Shown here: positions 16,639 to 24,518 of the stretch, in pieces
Numbering within the stretch: the first letter of the stretch is position 1
How the letters are laid out: each line of letters opens with the position of its first letter
Source of the DNA: a virus
Virus record (IMG/VR): IMGVR_UViG_3300032722_001737
DNA: 32,113 nt
Direction: 5' to 3' (one strand)
Notes under the pieces: model-generated
What the model was told of the DNA's origin: nothing
Database searches by the model: none
What the model saw: only the letters and a program-made list of their open reading frames with translations
Made by a program: the position numbers and the translations under genes

Positions 16639-16859
16639 AGCATCACCACAGGTGATAGGACGTGCGTGAAGTCCTCGAGCTCGTCGATCATGCCGTACCC
16701 ACCTTCGGTGACGAGACCTGAGCTCGGGTAGTCAGCTTTCCTCGCGAGGGAGCACACGAACCTGATGCACTTCGCAAGCTGCAACGCTTCCTCAGGAGGA
16801 ATAAGGACTGAACCGATCTGCACGTCGTCGACGTCGTCGAAGTACTTGACTATCTTCAT
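16635..16859 (-). CDS. hypothetical protein (74 aa)
   Basis: ATGA coupling. Confidence 0.5.
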   Translation of the reverse strand: MKIVKYFDDVDDVQIGSVLIPPEEALQLAKCIRFVCSLARKADYPSSGLVTEGGYGMIDELEDFTHVLSPVVML

Positions 16860-17056
16860 GACTTCTCCACGTTAGAGATGAACTTGTACACCTCGTCGAT
16901 CGACCGTTCCTCAATGTCCTCAAGGTCTGCGAAGCTCTCAGCCATGTTGATGACGTGCCTGAAGTTCTCCTTCAGTGTCAACCACTCCTCACGTGTGAGG
17001 GTGATGCTGTGAAGACTCAGACCGTCGAGGGTCTCGCTGTACCTGGTGCATTTCAT
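16856..17056 (-). CDS. hypothetical protein (about 66 aa), first gene of the operon
   Basis: ATG at 17056 lies 6 nt after GGAGA. Confidence 0.5.
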   Translation of the reverse strand: MKCTRYSETLDGLSLHSITLTREEWLTLKENFRHVINMAESFADLEDIEERSIDEVYKFISNVEKS

Positions 17057-17107
17057 TGTCAATCTCCGTGGGACGTGCAGGCGTCGGACCTGCGCTGTTG
17101 CCTGTTC

Positions 17108-17125
17108 GCACGATTTTCATCGTGC
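17108..17125 (-). other. 7-bp stem hairpin with a GAAA tetraloop on the minus-strand RNA (GCACGAU-GAAA-AUCGUGC), between the tRNA and the operon
   Basis: Seen directly in the sequence. Confidence 0.4.
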
Positions 17126-17163
17126 TACTGAGGCTGCCTCTGCCACCTGGGCTAACGTCCCGG

Positions 17164-17235
17164 AGCCCACTGTCGGGTTTGAACCGACGACCGCCGGTTT
17201 ACAAAACCGGTGCTCTACCGCTGAGCTAAGTGGGC
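17164..17235 (-). tRNA. tRNA-Thr (anticodon UGU)
   Basis: Folds as a cloverleaf by hand. Acceptor GCCCACT/AGTGGGC, D-stem GCTC/GAGC, anticodon stem CCGGT/ACCGG with loop TTTGTAA, T-stem GTCGG/CCGAC with loop TTCAAAC. No encoded CCA. Confidence 0.85.
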
Positions 17236-17236
17236 T

Positions 17237-17274
17237 TGATTGTAGTGTGAGTGACCTTGAGATACAATCTTACC
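17237..17274 (+). promoter_or_regulatory. back-to-back TACAAT boxes: one 3 nt upstream of the tRNA 5' end (minus strand), one 6 nt upstream of the HE ATG (plus strand)
   Basis: attgta at 17240-17245 and tacaat at 17263-17268. Confidence 0.4.
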
Positions 17275-17946
17275 ATGGCACAAGTTACAAATACACAGCC
17301 ATCAGTTTACGTGATTGAGAATCTCATCAACGGGAGAGCGTACATAGGTTGGACAGTGAATGAAAAGCGTCGATGGTACAAGCATCGAACTGCCTCTAGA
17401 ACCGGTCGTTCTTACCTCTATCGTGCAATGCGTAAGCATGGTATCGAGAATTTCGTGATGCATCACGTTGATGATTATGAAACGCGTGATGCAGCAAAAG
17501 CAGGTGAAGTGGAATGGATCGCATACCTGCGCATGATGCGTGTCAAACTCTACAACGAGACTGACGGTGGCGACGGAACATCTGGAAGAAAGAATAGCCC
17601 AGAGACGATCGCAAAGATGAAAGCTGCACACAAAGGAAAGATCATCTCGCCCGAGCAACGGGCGCAAATCAGCAAAACACTGAAGAAGTTCAATGAAGAA
17701 ATTGGTATGTCGCCTGAAACGCGTGCTAAAATTTCAGAACGACTGAAAGGTAAACAGAAGCCTTTGCGTACGCCTGAACACTGCGAAAAATTACGTAAAG
17801 CTGCAATCGCTCGCGATTCTCACGTAACTTCAGATAAAACGCGTGAAAAGATGCGTCAAGCAGCTTACACACGCGAAGAACGCAAGAAACTTGGGCTCCC
17901 AAGCTTAAGAGAGCTCAAGCGTCAAGCGCGGCTCGACAAGAGTTAG
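17275..17946 (+). mobile_element. GIY-YIG homing endonuclease with NUMOD3 repeats (I-TevI/Seg-like), AT-rich
   Basis: Motifs VYVIENLINGRAYIGWT...R...H...E...N(ETDGGDG). Tandem SPE(Q/T)RAKIS NUMOD3 repeats. Confidence 0.85.
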
Positions 17947-18716
17947 AACCCAGCCTTCTTGAAGCTACCCCTTTCTTCGAGCCCTGTCTCGGTGAGACCG
18001 AGGATGTACGTTGTGCCGCATTTCCCCCAACGATTTTTTGTTACTTCGAAGAGGAGGCACCCGTACGTGTCCGACTTTTCTTTTTCATCCACGAACATAT
18101 TCGCGTGGATATCGATAGCATGTCGAATTTTATTCGCACCAGCGAAATCTCCATTTTTTGTCACCTGACAGATGAAGATGGTCACCGCGTAGTTCTGCTG
18201 CGACCAGTCGACCATCATCTCTGCACAGTAACCCGGCGTCTTCCCCGTTGTGCCACGCGATTCGCCGTGGCTGTCGACGTACTTGCCATCGTCAAGTGTT
18301 TGAAGCGAATCTTGGAGGAAGAAGATCTGCTTCCCAGGGTTCTGGGCCTTGACGTTGTCAAGGAAGTTGTAGACCTTCGGGAGCATACGCTCCTCGCCGA
18401 CCATGAAGTCGTTCTTCAACCTCAGGCGTTCGATGCTCATCTTGCACTGGTAGATCGATTCCTCGCCGCAGTTATAGAACACGATGTGTCCCGCCTTCGT
18501 GAGCGAGTCCGCGAGCTGACGAAGCAGGGTCGACTTTCCTGCGCCCGGGCCGCCGGTGAGCATCAATGTGCTCGTCGGTGTGAATCCACCGCACCCGCCC
18601 ATCGCGTCGTCAATCCAGTCGATTCCGGACGTGCGCTTGATGCGCAGCTCCGGAGGAACCTCGACCGTGCTGATCATAGTCCCGGGCTTGAACCCACGAG
18701 CAACGTTGAGCTTCAT
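17943..18716 (-). CDS. RecA-superfamily ATPase (KaiC/RadA/DnaB-C-like; Walker A GGPGAGKST)
   Basis: Walker A and Walker B-like motifs. SD AAGGAGAG. Confidence 0.7.
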   Translation of the reverse strand: MKLNVARGFKPGTMISTVEVPPELRIKRTSGIDWIDDAMGGCGGFTPTSTLMLTGGPGAGKSTLLRQLADSLTKAGHIVFYNCGEESIYQCKMSIERLRLKNDFMVGEERMLPKVYNFLDNVKAQNPGKQIFFLQDSLQTLDDGKYVDSHGESRGTTGKTPGYCAEMMVDWSQQNYAVTIFICQVTKNGDFAGANKIRHAIDIHANMFVDEKEKSDTYGCLLFEVTKNRWGKCGTTYILGLTETGLEERGSFKKAGF

Positions 18717-18774
18717 CTTTGGAACTCTCCTTGTGAGAATGCGCAGACGACCTGCTTGCCGTACCGCGTGTTAC

Positions 18775-18804
18775 AGTGTATCAACTAAGGTATGAAGTTT
18801 ACAC
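18775..18804 (-). promoter_or_regulatory. promoter GTGTAAA-N17-TACACT with an SD-containing leader of about 55 nt for the ATPase gene
   Basis: Plus-strand tttacac at 18798-18804 and agtgta at 18775-18780. Confidence 0.45.
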
Positions 18805-18857
18805 ACGTCTGTTATTCATGACGGTGATGGTGTGGGTTTATCACCCAGAGTGATGTC

Positions 18858-19073
18858 TCACCCCACGTCTGAGACGTCGACATCGTACTCGATGAAAAGC
18901 TTCTTGATAAGAAAACCCTTTCGTCCGTACTTTCGGAATGCACTGAGATTTAAATCCGCCTCAGCCTTCGATGTGAAGTGTTTCGCATTCGCAGGCGTAT
19001 GGGTGTACGCCTCAGCGGGTGACACGGCCCAGTGATTCCAGCGTACGAAGTACTTCCCGGTGCGCTGGTTCAT
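18858..19073 (-). CDS. hypothetical protein (71 aa)
   Basis: ATGA overlap with the upstream 15-aa leaderless mini-ORF. Confidence 0.45.
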   Translation of the reverse strand: MNQRTGKYFVRWNHWAVSPAEAYTHTPANAKHFTSKAEADLNLSAFRKYGRKGFLIKKLFIEYDVDVSDVG

Positions 19074-19117
19074 GATGACGTAAAAAGTCTTCGATGCGCA
19101 CCACTTTGTCGATTCAT
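19070..19117 (-). CDS. 15-aa leaderless mini-ORF (MNRQSGAHRRLFTSS) coupled to the 18858 gene
   Basis: GGTGTAC-N17-TAGGGT-N6-ATG promoter, with an ATGA overlap downstream. Confidence 0.3.
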   Translation of the reverse strand: MNRQSGAHRRLFTSS

Positions 19118-19126
19118 GCGTTCACC

Positions 19127-19294
19127 CTACCACAGTTGGTACCAGAGTACACCGTCGTCATTTGCATCAGTGAGACCCTTGAGGATCTCAGGGTACGCGG
19201 CGAGCGCTGCGATCAGCCCGCAAACGAAGCACAGTGCGATGATCACAGCGACCACGTCGCACAGTACCTCGTCAAACGGACGAGTGGACATCAT
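19127..19294 (-). CDS. 55-aa single-TM membrane mini-protein
   Basis: ATGA overlap with the 19291 gene. Hydrophobic core VVAVIIALCFVCGLIAALAA. Confidence 0.4.
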   Translation of the reverse strand: MMSTRPFDEVLCDVVAVIIALCFVCGLIAALAAYPEILKGLTDANDDGVLWYQLW

Positions 19295-19458
19295 CGGTCA
19301 ACGAGTTCGTAGTAAAGCTTATCGAAGGCCTCCTGAGCCTCGTCTCGACGGCGGTAGTCCTCGTTTGTCTGGCAGCACCCGGCGTCGATCTGCTTGCACG
19401 TCAGGCGGTCACGAAGCCGCAGCAGTTCGTCCAACTCTTCGCGGGTCAACTTGATCAT
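19291..19458 (-). CDS. hypothetical protein (about 55 aa, MIKLTREELDEL...)
   Basis: ATG at 19458 lies 6 nt after GGTGGA. Confidence 0.45.
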   Translation of the reverse strand: MIKLTREELDELLRLRDRLTCKQIDAGCCQTNEDYRRRDEAQEAFDKLYYELVDR

Positions 19459-19483
19459 GTGCATTCCACCGTCATCATGAGAC

Positions 19484-19545
19484 AATCTACCACCGTTGCG
19501 ACCGGTCTTACACCTGTGTAAATCGCCTCACTGCTGTGTTACCAT
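19484..19545. promoter_or_regulatory. divergent leaderless promoter pair sharing a palindromic -35 (TTACAC-CT-GTGTAA, 19508-19521)
   Basis: Plus strand: GTGTAAA-N17-TACCAT-N6-ATG at 19552. Minus strand: GTGTAAG-N17-TAGATT-N5-ATG at 19478. Confidence 0.55.
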
Positions 19546-19551
19546 TGACAC

Positions 19552-19896
19552 ATGACCAAGCCAAGCAAGTCAGTACGCATTCTCGACGCGATCGATGAAC
19601 TGGGTGCCGCGGGCATGCGACTCACGGACATCCAGCGCGCGCTCTGGGCGATGACGTATCCGAAGAAGCCCTTCACCCGGGCGCTTCGCGGCTACTGGTG
19701 CACGAACCTTCTCGGTGGACCGCACTACCACGAAGGGTTGCTTCACGCCTTCTGCGAGAAGGATCCCGAAACGGGCAGGTGGGTGCGCAACTGCATCGAC
19801 CACGATGGACATCCCTGGCGCAGGATGCGGGAGCTCTCTGAGTCACACGCCGGGCGGCCGTGCTATTGCTTCTACTGCAGAGGGTCACGTCGATGA
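19552..19896 (+). CDS. hypothetical protein (114 aa), possible winged-helix DNA-binding N-terminus
   Basis: Leaderless promoter. Helical N-terminus RILDAIDELGAAGMRLTDIQRAL. Confidence 0.55.
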   Translation: MTKPSKSVRILDAIDELGAAGMRLTDIQRALWAMTYPKKPFTRALRGYWCTNLLGGPHYHEGLLHAFCEKDPETGRWVRNCIDHDGHPWRRMRELSESHAGRPCYCFYCRGSRR

Positions 19897-20162
19897 TCTT
19901 CCCCGCACACTTGCCCGACGACTGGGTCATCTTCTACCCGTCCGACGGGACGTTCCTCGGGTACCTCGGCCGCGGGTGGATTCACCACGCTGAAAACGCG
20001 ATCGGCTACGAGTTCAAGGCTGACGCGCTCCTCGTCGCGAAGGAGTCACGCAAGCCCGACGAGCAGGCACCATGGGTGTGTCGTCGTCGCGAGTACAAAG
20101 GATCGTGCAGCTCGACGTGCCCGTGGCACAGCAATGTGCAACCGAGGACCTCAGAGAGGTAG
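19893..20162 (+). CDS. hypothetical protein (89 aa)
   Basis: ATGA overlap. Confidence 0.5.
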   Translation: MIFPAHLPDDWVIFYPSDGTFLGYLGRGWIHHAENAIGYEFKADALLVAKESRKPDEQAPWVCRRREYKGSCSSTCPWHSNVQPRTSER

Positions 20163-20171
20163 GATGCGGAC
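20136..20171 (+). promoter_or_regulatory. GTGCAAC-N17-TAGGAT-N6-ATG
   Basis: gtgcaac at 20136-20142 and taggat at 20160-20165. Confidence 0.6.
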
Positions 20172-20450
20172 ATGATCAGTCACCAGAACGCATGCGCAAA
20201 GATGGTGCAGGACACCGTGTTCGTCCACGATGGTGTAGAGCTGCGGTGGGCCTTCGTCAAGAAGGCGTTGAAGGCTGACTTCAAGAAGTCAAAGTGCTAT
20301 CCGACGCGGATCGACGTCGAACTGATGTTCGCTGGGCGAGAACCCGAGGTCCTCGCTCCTGACGTTGTTGTCCTCGACAGTCTCCACATCACGACCAACT
20401 TATGGCCTGAGACGACGAAGCTCGTCCAGGACGCATGGCAAATGAAATGA
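20172..20450 (+). CDS. hypothetical protein (92 aa)
   Basis: Leaderless promoter. Confidence 0.6.
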   Translation: MISHQNACAKMVQDTVFVHDGVELRWAFVKKALKADFKKSKCYPTRIDVELMFAGREPEVLAPDVVVLDSLHITTNLWPETTKLVQDAWQMK

Positions 20451-20641
20451 AGGGTGAGCAAAAGCTCTCTGATTCAGAGAAGAAGCAGTGGCTCCTCGCT
20501 CGCGGCACACGCCGCAGGGGCGTCCACAACTTTTCAAGGAAGATCAGTCACTGGCCGTTCTGCTCGAACTGCGGGCTCGTGGCGCTCAAGAACGACGTGT
20601 CAGTTCGAGCAGCAAAAGCACAATGTGAATGGGAAGAGTGA
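20447..20641 (+). CDS. small zinc-ribbon protein (64 aa; CSNCG)
   Basis: ATGA overlap. Confidence 0.45.
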   Translation: MKGEQKLSDSEKKQWLLARGTRRRGVHNFSRKISHWPFCSNCGLVALKNDVSVRAAKAQCEWEE

Positions 20642-20673
20642 ACGTTCACCAACCACGATGGTAGGATGCCTCC
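20638..20673 (+). promoter_or_regulatory. GTGAACG-N17-TAGGAT-N6-ATG
   Basis: Positions as stated in the call. Confidence 0.55.
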
Positions 20674-21159
20674 ATGCTCAATCCTGACAAGGCGTACAAG
20701 GTCGTTCTCGTCTCGTCCCACCATGACGGTCGACGCAGCGTGAAGATCAAGTTCGCCACGGACTCAAGTCTCACTGCGCATGATTTCCTCAACGACCTCA
20801 TCAAGAGGTGCCCGAAGACGGGCAACGTCGGTCCCGACTACCGCGTCCTCAATCGTATCGACTTCGCAGAACTGAACGCAGTGATCTGCCGAGAGACTGC
20901 GGCGCGGCGGGCGAAGGGTGCGAAGAAGGCGGCAGCGACCCGCAAGAAGCACGGTGCTGCAGCGTTCGTCCTGTGTCCCCGTTGCGGCGCCAAGTCGAAG
21001 AAGCTCTGGAGTGAGATGGGCGGCCTCGAGACGAGGCAATGCAAGAACCATCACAGGTTCGAGCACGATCGTTGGCTAGCTGACAGGGCGTTCTGGGCGC
21101 CGGTCCTTACGGGCCGCGTCATTCCCGAGAGTTCGATCACCAAGGAGGTAGAATCATGA
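20674..21159 (+). CDS. basic zinc-ribbon protein (161 aa; CPRCG...C..HH)
   Basis: Leaderless promoter. KK/RK-rich segment. Confidence 0.6.
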   Translation: MLNPDKAYKVVLVSSHHDGRRSVKIKFATDSSLTAHDFLNDLIKRCPKTGNVGPDYRVLNRIDFAELNAVICRETAARRAKGAKKAAATRKKHGAAAFVLCPRCGAKSKKLWSEMGGLETRQCKNHHRFEHDRWLADRAFWAPVLTGRVIPESSITKEVES

Positions 21160-21347
21160 TGACGAAGAAGGAGTTTCAGCACATCGTACGCGGTTGGGCA
21201 ACGTCTGAGGTCGTTGACGAGTCCCTCAGTCTCGAGGACGTCAAGAAGTTCGACCCGAAGTTCGCACAGCTCCTGTCCGCCTACCTCTCCGCGGTACAGC
21301 AGGTGATCGAGTACGCTGACACGAAAGTCGAGCCGAATGACGGGTGA
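21156..21347 (+). CDS. hypothetical protein (63 aa)
   Basis: SD AAGGAGG plus ATGA overlap. Confidence 0.55.
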   Translation: MMTKKEFQHIVRGWATSEVVDESLSLEDVKKFDPKFAQLLSAYLSAVQQVIEYADTKVEPNDG

Positions 21348-21537
21348 AAATGCACTCCTGTTCGCGTTCTCGCCCGACGAGGTACTCGCATTGAGGGTCG
21401 CGGTCATGCATCATCTCCATGAGTGCCATCACCAGATCCGTGTCAAGGCAAAGAGCACACCGCACCACGGCGTCGACGTTGGTGACCTCGAGATCACGAA
21501 TCGTTTCGAAGCACTGCTCGACAAGCTCACGTTGTAG
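21337..21537 (+). CDS. hypothetical His-rich protein (66 aa)
   Basis: 11-nt overlap with the upstream gene. Confidence 0.45.
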   Translation: MTGENALLFAFSPDEVLALRVAVMHHLHECHHQIRVKAKSTPHHGVDVGDLEITNRFEALLDKLTL

Positions 21538-21564
21538 CACGCGTTCGTGCACCCGCTCGGGCTG

Positions 21565-21600
21565 ACTGTGCACCGAAACCATGGGTGGTGGTAGGGTCCC
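21565..21600 (+). promoter_or_regulatory. GTGCACC-N17-TAGGGT, with no convincing ORF immediately downstream
   Basis: See the finding on 21565..21868. Confidence 0.4.
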
Positions 21601-21868
21601 TTGGTCGGCAAATGGTGCCCACGAGCTGACCCACGTATTACCCGCGGGGGTCAGACCATGGCCACACTGTTAAAAACTCGAATGGCTCGTGCAGGAGACA
21701 AGATATTACGAACAAAGTTCCGGAACGTGAGAAGATCATGGAGGCGGGTGCACAAGAAAGGGGTGTCATCGAGAGACTGTCGTCTGGGCCAACTTCGAGG
21801 AAGCCGTCGTGACACTCATAGCGACCATCGCCGAACTCGACAATCCCGCGGACAAGTGAGGAAGAGAC

Positions 21869-22075
21869 ATGCCCGGTGCAAAGAAGAAGTTGAACGGACA
21901 CGATTACAGGTCGAGTGAGTTCGAAGACGCCTGCCGTCATCTCGATGAGACGATCGGCCACGTTGGGATGATCGCAGCGTCGCTCTCCGACGACGGCAAC
22001 GTCACCTCTGCATGGGATGACGTTCATGCTCGGCTGAGCGCAATCTACGCCACGATGGAGAAGTTGGCCCGATGA
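21869..22075 (+). CDS. hypothetical acidic protein (68 aa)
   Basis: SD GAGGAAGA lies 4 nt before the ATG. Confidence 0.55.
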   Translation: MPGAKKKLNGHDYRSSEFEDACRHLDETIGHVGMIAASLSDDGNVTSAWDDVHARLSAIYATMEKLAR

Positions 22076-22218
22076 CTCGCGAAGAGCAAGACCTCGCCGA
22101 TCGCCAGCGCGCCACGCACTGGAACAAGATCCTCAAGCACCTCAACTTCCTCGACGGGGACGACCTCAACGAACTGAAGGAGGAGATCGACGCAATCCTC
22201 CACGCAAGGGACGACTGA
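22072..22218 (+). CDS. hypothetical 48-aa protein
   Basis: ATGA overlap. Below the ORF-track cutoff. Confidence 0.4.
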   Translation: MTREEQDLADRQRATHWNKILKHLNFLDGDDLNELKEEIDAILHARDD

Positions 22219-22397
22219 TGAACGACGAAGAAAAGAAGGCAGTCCTCAACTGCGTCACGTCTGCGCTTGTCATCATGCAGAACTTGCGTCCCGGTCTCGT
22301 GGATGAACGTCGTGACCTTGAGGAGACGCTGGTCGAGCTCGGGCGTGCAGTCCATGCGATCAAAGAGCGCTGTCGAAAGATCGATAAGTTCATCTGA
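22218..22397 (+). CDS. hypothetical 59-aa protein
   Basis: TGATG overlap. Below the ORF-track cutoff. Confidence 0.4.
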   Translation: MNDEEKKAVLNCVTSALVIMQNLRPGLVDERRDLEETLVELGRAVHAIKERCRKIDKFI

Positions 22398-22438
22398 CGA
22401 CTGTGCAAGTAAGCAACTTACAGAGGTAATATACAGCC

Positions 22439-23050
22439 ATGATCACCGCCAAGGAACTCGTGAAGAGGTACTGCTCAATGTTCGACCTCAACTATGTTGA
22501 AGGCGACGACGTCGACGAGGAGGGATGGCCCTGCGCCGTGTGCGTGGGATTCGCCTCAGGCACAGAGCTTGCGGCGATCTACCTCAACATGGCGAACGGC
22601 ATCAGGGTGATGTCCCGTGTCGACGTCGACAGTGGCATGGAGGTCTGGCGCGATGTCAGTGAGCAAGAGTTGCTGGCGTCGATCGTGATGTGCAACAGGC
22701 TTCACAACCGCGAAACACAGGAGGAACTTCCGATGAAGCAGGAGAAGAAGGCTCAACACAACTACTACAATGAGAACCCGATCGTCAGCGATAATAAGTT
22801 CATCGGTGACGTTGAGAACCCTGAGCTGGTCACGACGCTGGTTCACCGGTTCGTCCGAGACAACAAGTTCGAGAAGCTCATCGACGCACTCGACGACGTC
22901 ACACCCGCAGAGTGGCGTGCCCAGGTGAACAAGGCAGCCGAGAAGCTCGAGTCTGACCTCATCGAGGTCCTCGAGAATGCGGAGAACGAACTGCACGGCG
23001 GACAGTTCACTGCCTCTATCGATCGCACGAAGTGCGGCGGTGTGCACTGA
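22439..23050 (+). CDS. hypothetical protein (203 aa)
   Basis: Promoter GTGCAAG-N17-TAATAT-N6-ATG. Confidence 0.6.
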   Translation: MITAKELVKRYCSMFDLNYVEGDDVDEEGWPCAVCVGFASGTELAAIYLNMANGIRVMSRVDVDSGMEVWRDVSEQELLASIVMCNRLHNRETQEELPMKQEKKAQHNYYNENPIVSDNKFIGDVENPELVTTLVHRFVRDNKFEKLIDALDDVTPAEWRAQVNKAAEKLESDLIEVLENAENELHGGQFTASIDRTKCGGVH

Positions 23051-23051
23051 C

Positions 23052-23360
23052 ATGGGCGCCGAGAGCTTCGTCACCTACGCGAGGGGCAAGACCGTCAAGG
23101 AAGCGTTCGACAACGCCGTGAGGGAAGCTCGGTACGAGCACGGTCACGGCGGGTACACCGGGACGATCGCGGAGAAGGACGGCTTCAGGTACATCCCTGT
23201 CCCGGCAGGCGTTAGTCCGAAGGACTTCATCCGTCGGATCGAGAACGACGTCTACGACAACAACAAGGACCCGTACGGGTACGAGGACAAGTGGGGTCCC
23301 GCACTGTGCGTCGAGGTCGAGAAGGACCTCTTTTGCTTCTTCGGCCTGGCGTCCTCCTGA
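23052..23360 (+). CDS. hypothetical protein (102 aa)
   Basis: Starts 1 nt after the upstream stop. Confidence 0.5.
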   Translation: MGAESFVTYARGKTVKEAFDNAVREARYEHGHGGYTGTIAEKDGFRYIPVPAGVSPKDFIRRIENDVYDNNKDPYGYEDKWGPALCVEVEKDLFCFFGLASS

Positions 23361-23365
23361 GTGCT

Positions 23366-23401
23366 GTGCAACTTCTGAACCATTCATGGTAGGATGAACG
23401 C
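23366..23401 (+). promoter_or_regulatory. GTGCAAC-N17-TAGGAT-N6-ATG
   Basis: gtgcaac at 23366-23372 and taggat at 23390-23395. Confidence 0.6.
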
Positions 23402-23647
23402 ATGAACAACGAAGCCCTGACAAATTCGATCATCGAACAGCAGATCGCAGAAGTTCGATCTCAACTCGAGCTGCTCGAGGCGCAACTCAGGTCGCTGGTC
23501 GCCCTCAAGGAACAGCGTCGGAAAATCGAGCTAGAGGAGCGCATCGACAACGCGATCGTGGATTGCTCTCTCTCCGAAATGCGCGATCTTGCGCGCTACC
23601 TCGACGAGTGCATCGACAACTACGGTGACGACCGTGACACGTGGTGA
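23402..23647 (+). CDS. coiled-coil protein (81 aa; MNNEALT...)
   Basis: Leaderless promoter. Confidence 0.6.
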   Translation: MNNEALTNSIIEQQIAEVRSQLELLEAQLRSLVALKEQRRKIELEERIDNAIVDCSLSEMRDLARYLDECIDNYGDDRDTW

Positions 23648-23651
23648 AAAC

Positions 23652-23903
23652 ATGATGCCATCAACGATCGCTGCGAACGTGCCTGACAAACATGCACAGC
23701 GCCTGTGGAAGGCGCTCAATGACAAGTTCGAAGGAGGCGTCTGGTGGACGAAGGGACCTGACGGATCATCGTCGATGGTCGTCGACCTCTTGTCCGACGC
23801 ACCTCCTCGAGGTCCTCACTCTCCTGAGGAGATCATGTGTCGCACGTACTTCGCACTGGGCTACCTCGCTGCATGTGCACATGAAGACAGGAAGACAGAA
23901 TGA
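23652..23903 (+). CDS. hypothetical protein (about 83 aa)
   Basis: Starts after the upstream stop. Confidence 0.45.
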   Translation: MMPSTIAANVPDKHAQRLWKALNDKFEGGVWWTKGPDGSSSMVVDLLSDAPPRGPHSPEEIMCRTYFALGYLAACAHEDRKTE

Positions 23904-23939
23904 AGAAGCTTGATCTCGACAATCGAGATTGAGGAGATC

Positions 23940-24209
23940 ATGATGAACATTCGACCCGAAGATGAGCCAGCATACAGGCGCAAGCAGATCGCATTTCACA
24001 AGAGCGAGATGGAGGGTCACCAGCGAGCGCTCAACGATCTCGAGGAGCGTGAAAAGCAGATCGCCGCTAAGGCTCGCCAAGAGGCGCGCATGATCATGAT
24101 CAAGCATCGCGCCGAGGATGCGATCTACGATATGAACTGCGAGGAGGCGATCACGTTCCTCAAGTACACGTACGGCGTCATCAAGACAGAGTTCAACATT
24201 GACATTTGA
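23940..24209 (+). CDS. hypothetical coiled-coil protein (89 aa)
   Basis: SD GAGGAG. Confidence 0.5.
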   Translation: MMNIRPEDEPAYRRKQIAFHKSEMEGHQRALNDLEEREKQIAAKARQEARMIMIKHRAEDAIYDMNCEEAITFLKYTYGVIKTEFNIDI

Positions 24210-24216
24210 GGCACAC

Positions 24217-24516
24217 ATGCAACTAGAACCCTTCCTGAAGGTCTCACGGCCCTGGGCACACATGGAGTACTTCGTCTCCGCTGAGCACAACGGCGTCGAA
24301 GTCCTCGCAACATTCACGGACGAAGCACAGACGCAATCGTTCGGCGACATCCCACGGTCGATGGTGCTCTGCACAAGCCGTCCAGGTCTTGCGGTGCGAT
24401 GCACGCTCTATGACGGTAACGGTTTCGAGACGAAATTCACGCTCACGGACGCTGAGCACGCCGCGTGCCAGAATGCGTTGGGGTGCAATCTCAGGCCCGT
24501 CGGGGGTAGTATTTGA
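24217..24516 (+). CDS. hypothetical protein (99 aa)
   Basis: SD GAGG lies 7 nt before the ATG. Confidence 0.5.
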   Translation: MQLEPFLKVSRPWAHMEYFVSAEHNGVEVLATFTDEAQTQSFGDIPRSMVLCTSRPGLAVRCTLYDGNGFETKFTLTDAEHAACQNALGCNLRPVGGSI

Positions 24517-24518
24517 GC

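Noticed and set aside
17251-17274. Longer HE ORF starting at TTG 17251 (MTLRYNLTMAQ...)
   Set aside because: ATG 17275 sits exactly 6 nt after a TACAAT box, and the GIY-YIG domain begins right after it. The upstream extension would overlap the tRNA promoter.
21601-21918. 105-aa Arg-rich ORF (TTG start) and antisense ORF 21638..22027
   Set aside because: They use rare codons (tta, ata, cga, aga) for this genome and overlap the well-supported gene 21869..22075. They are more likely non-coding; see the finding on this region.
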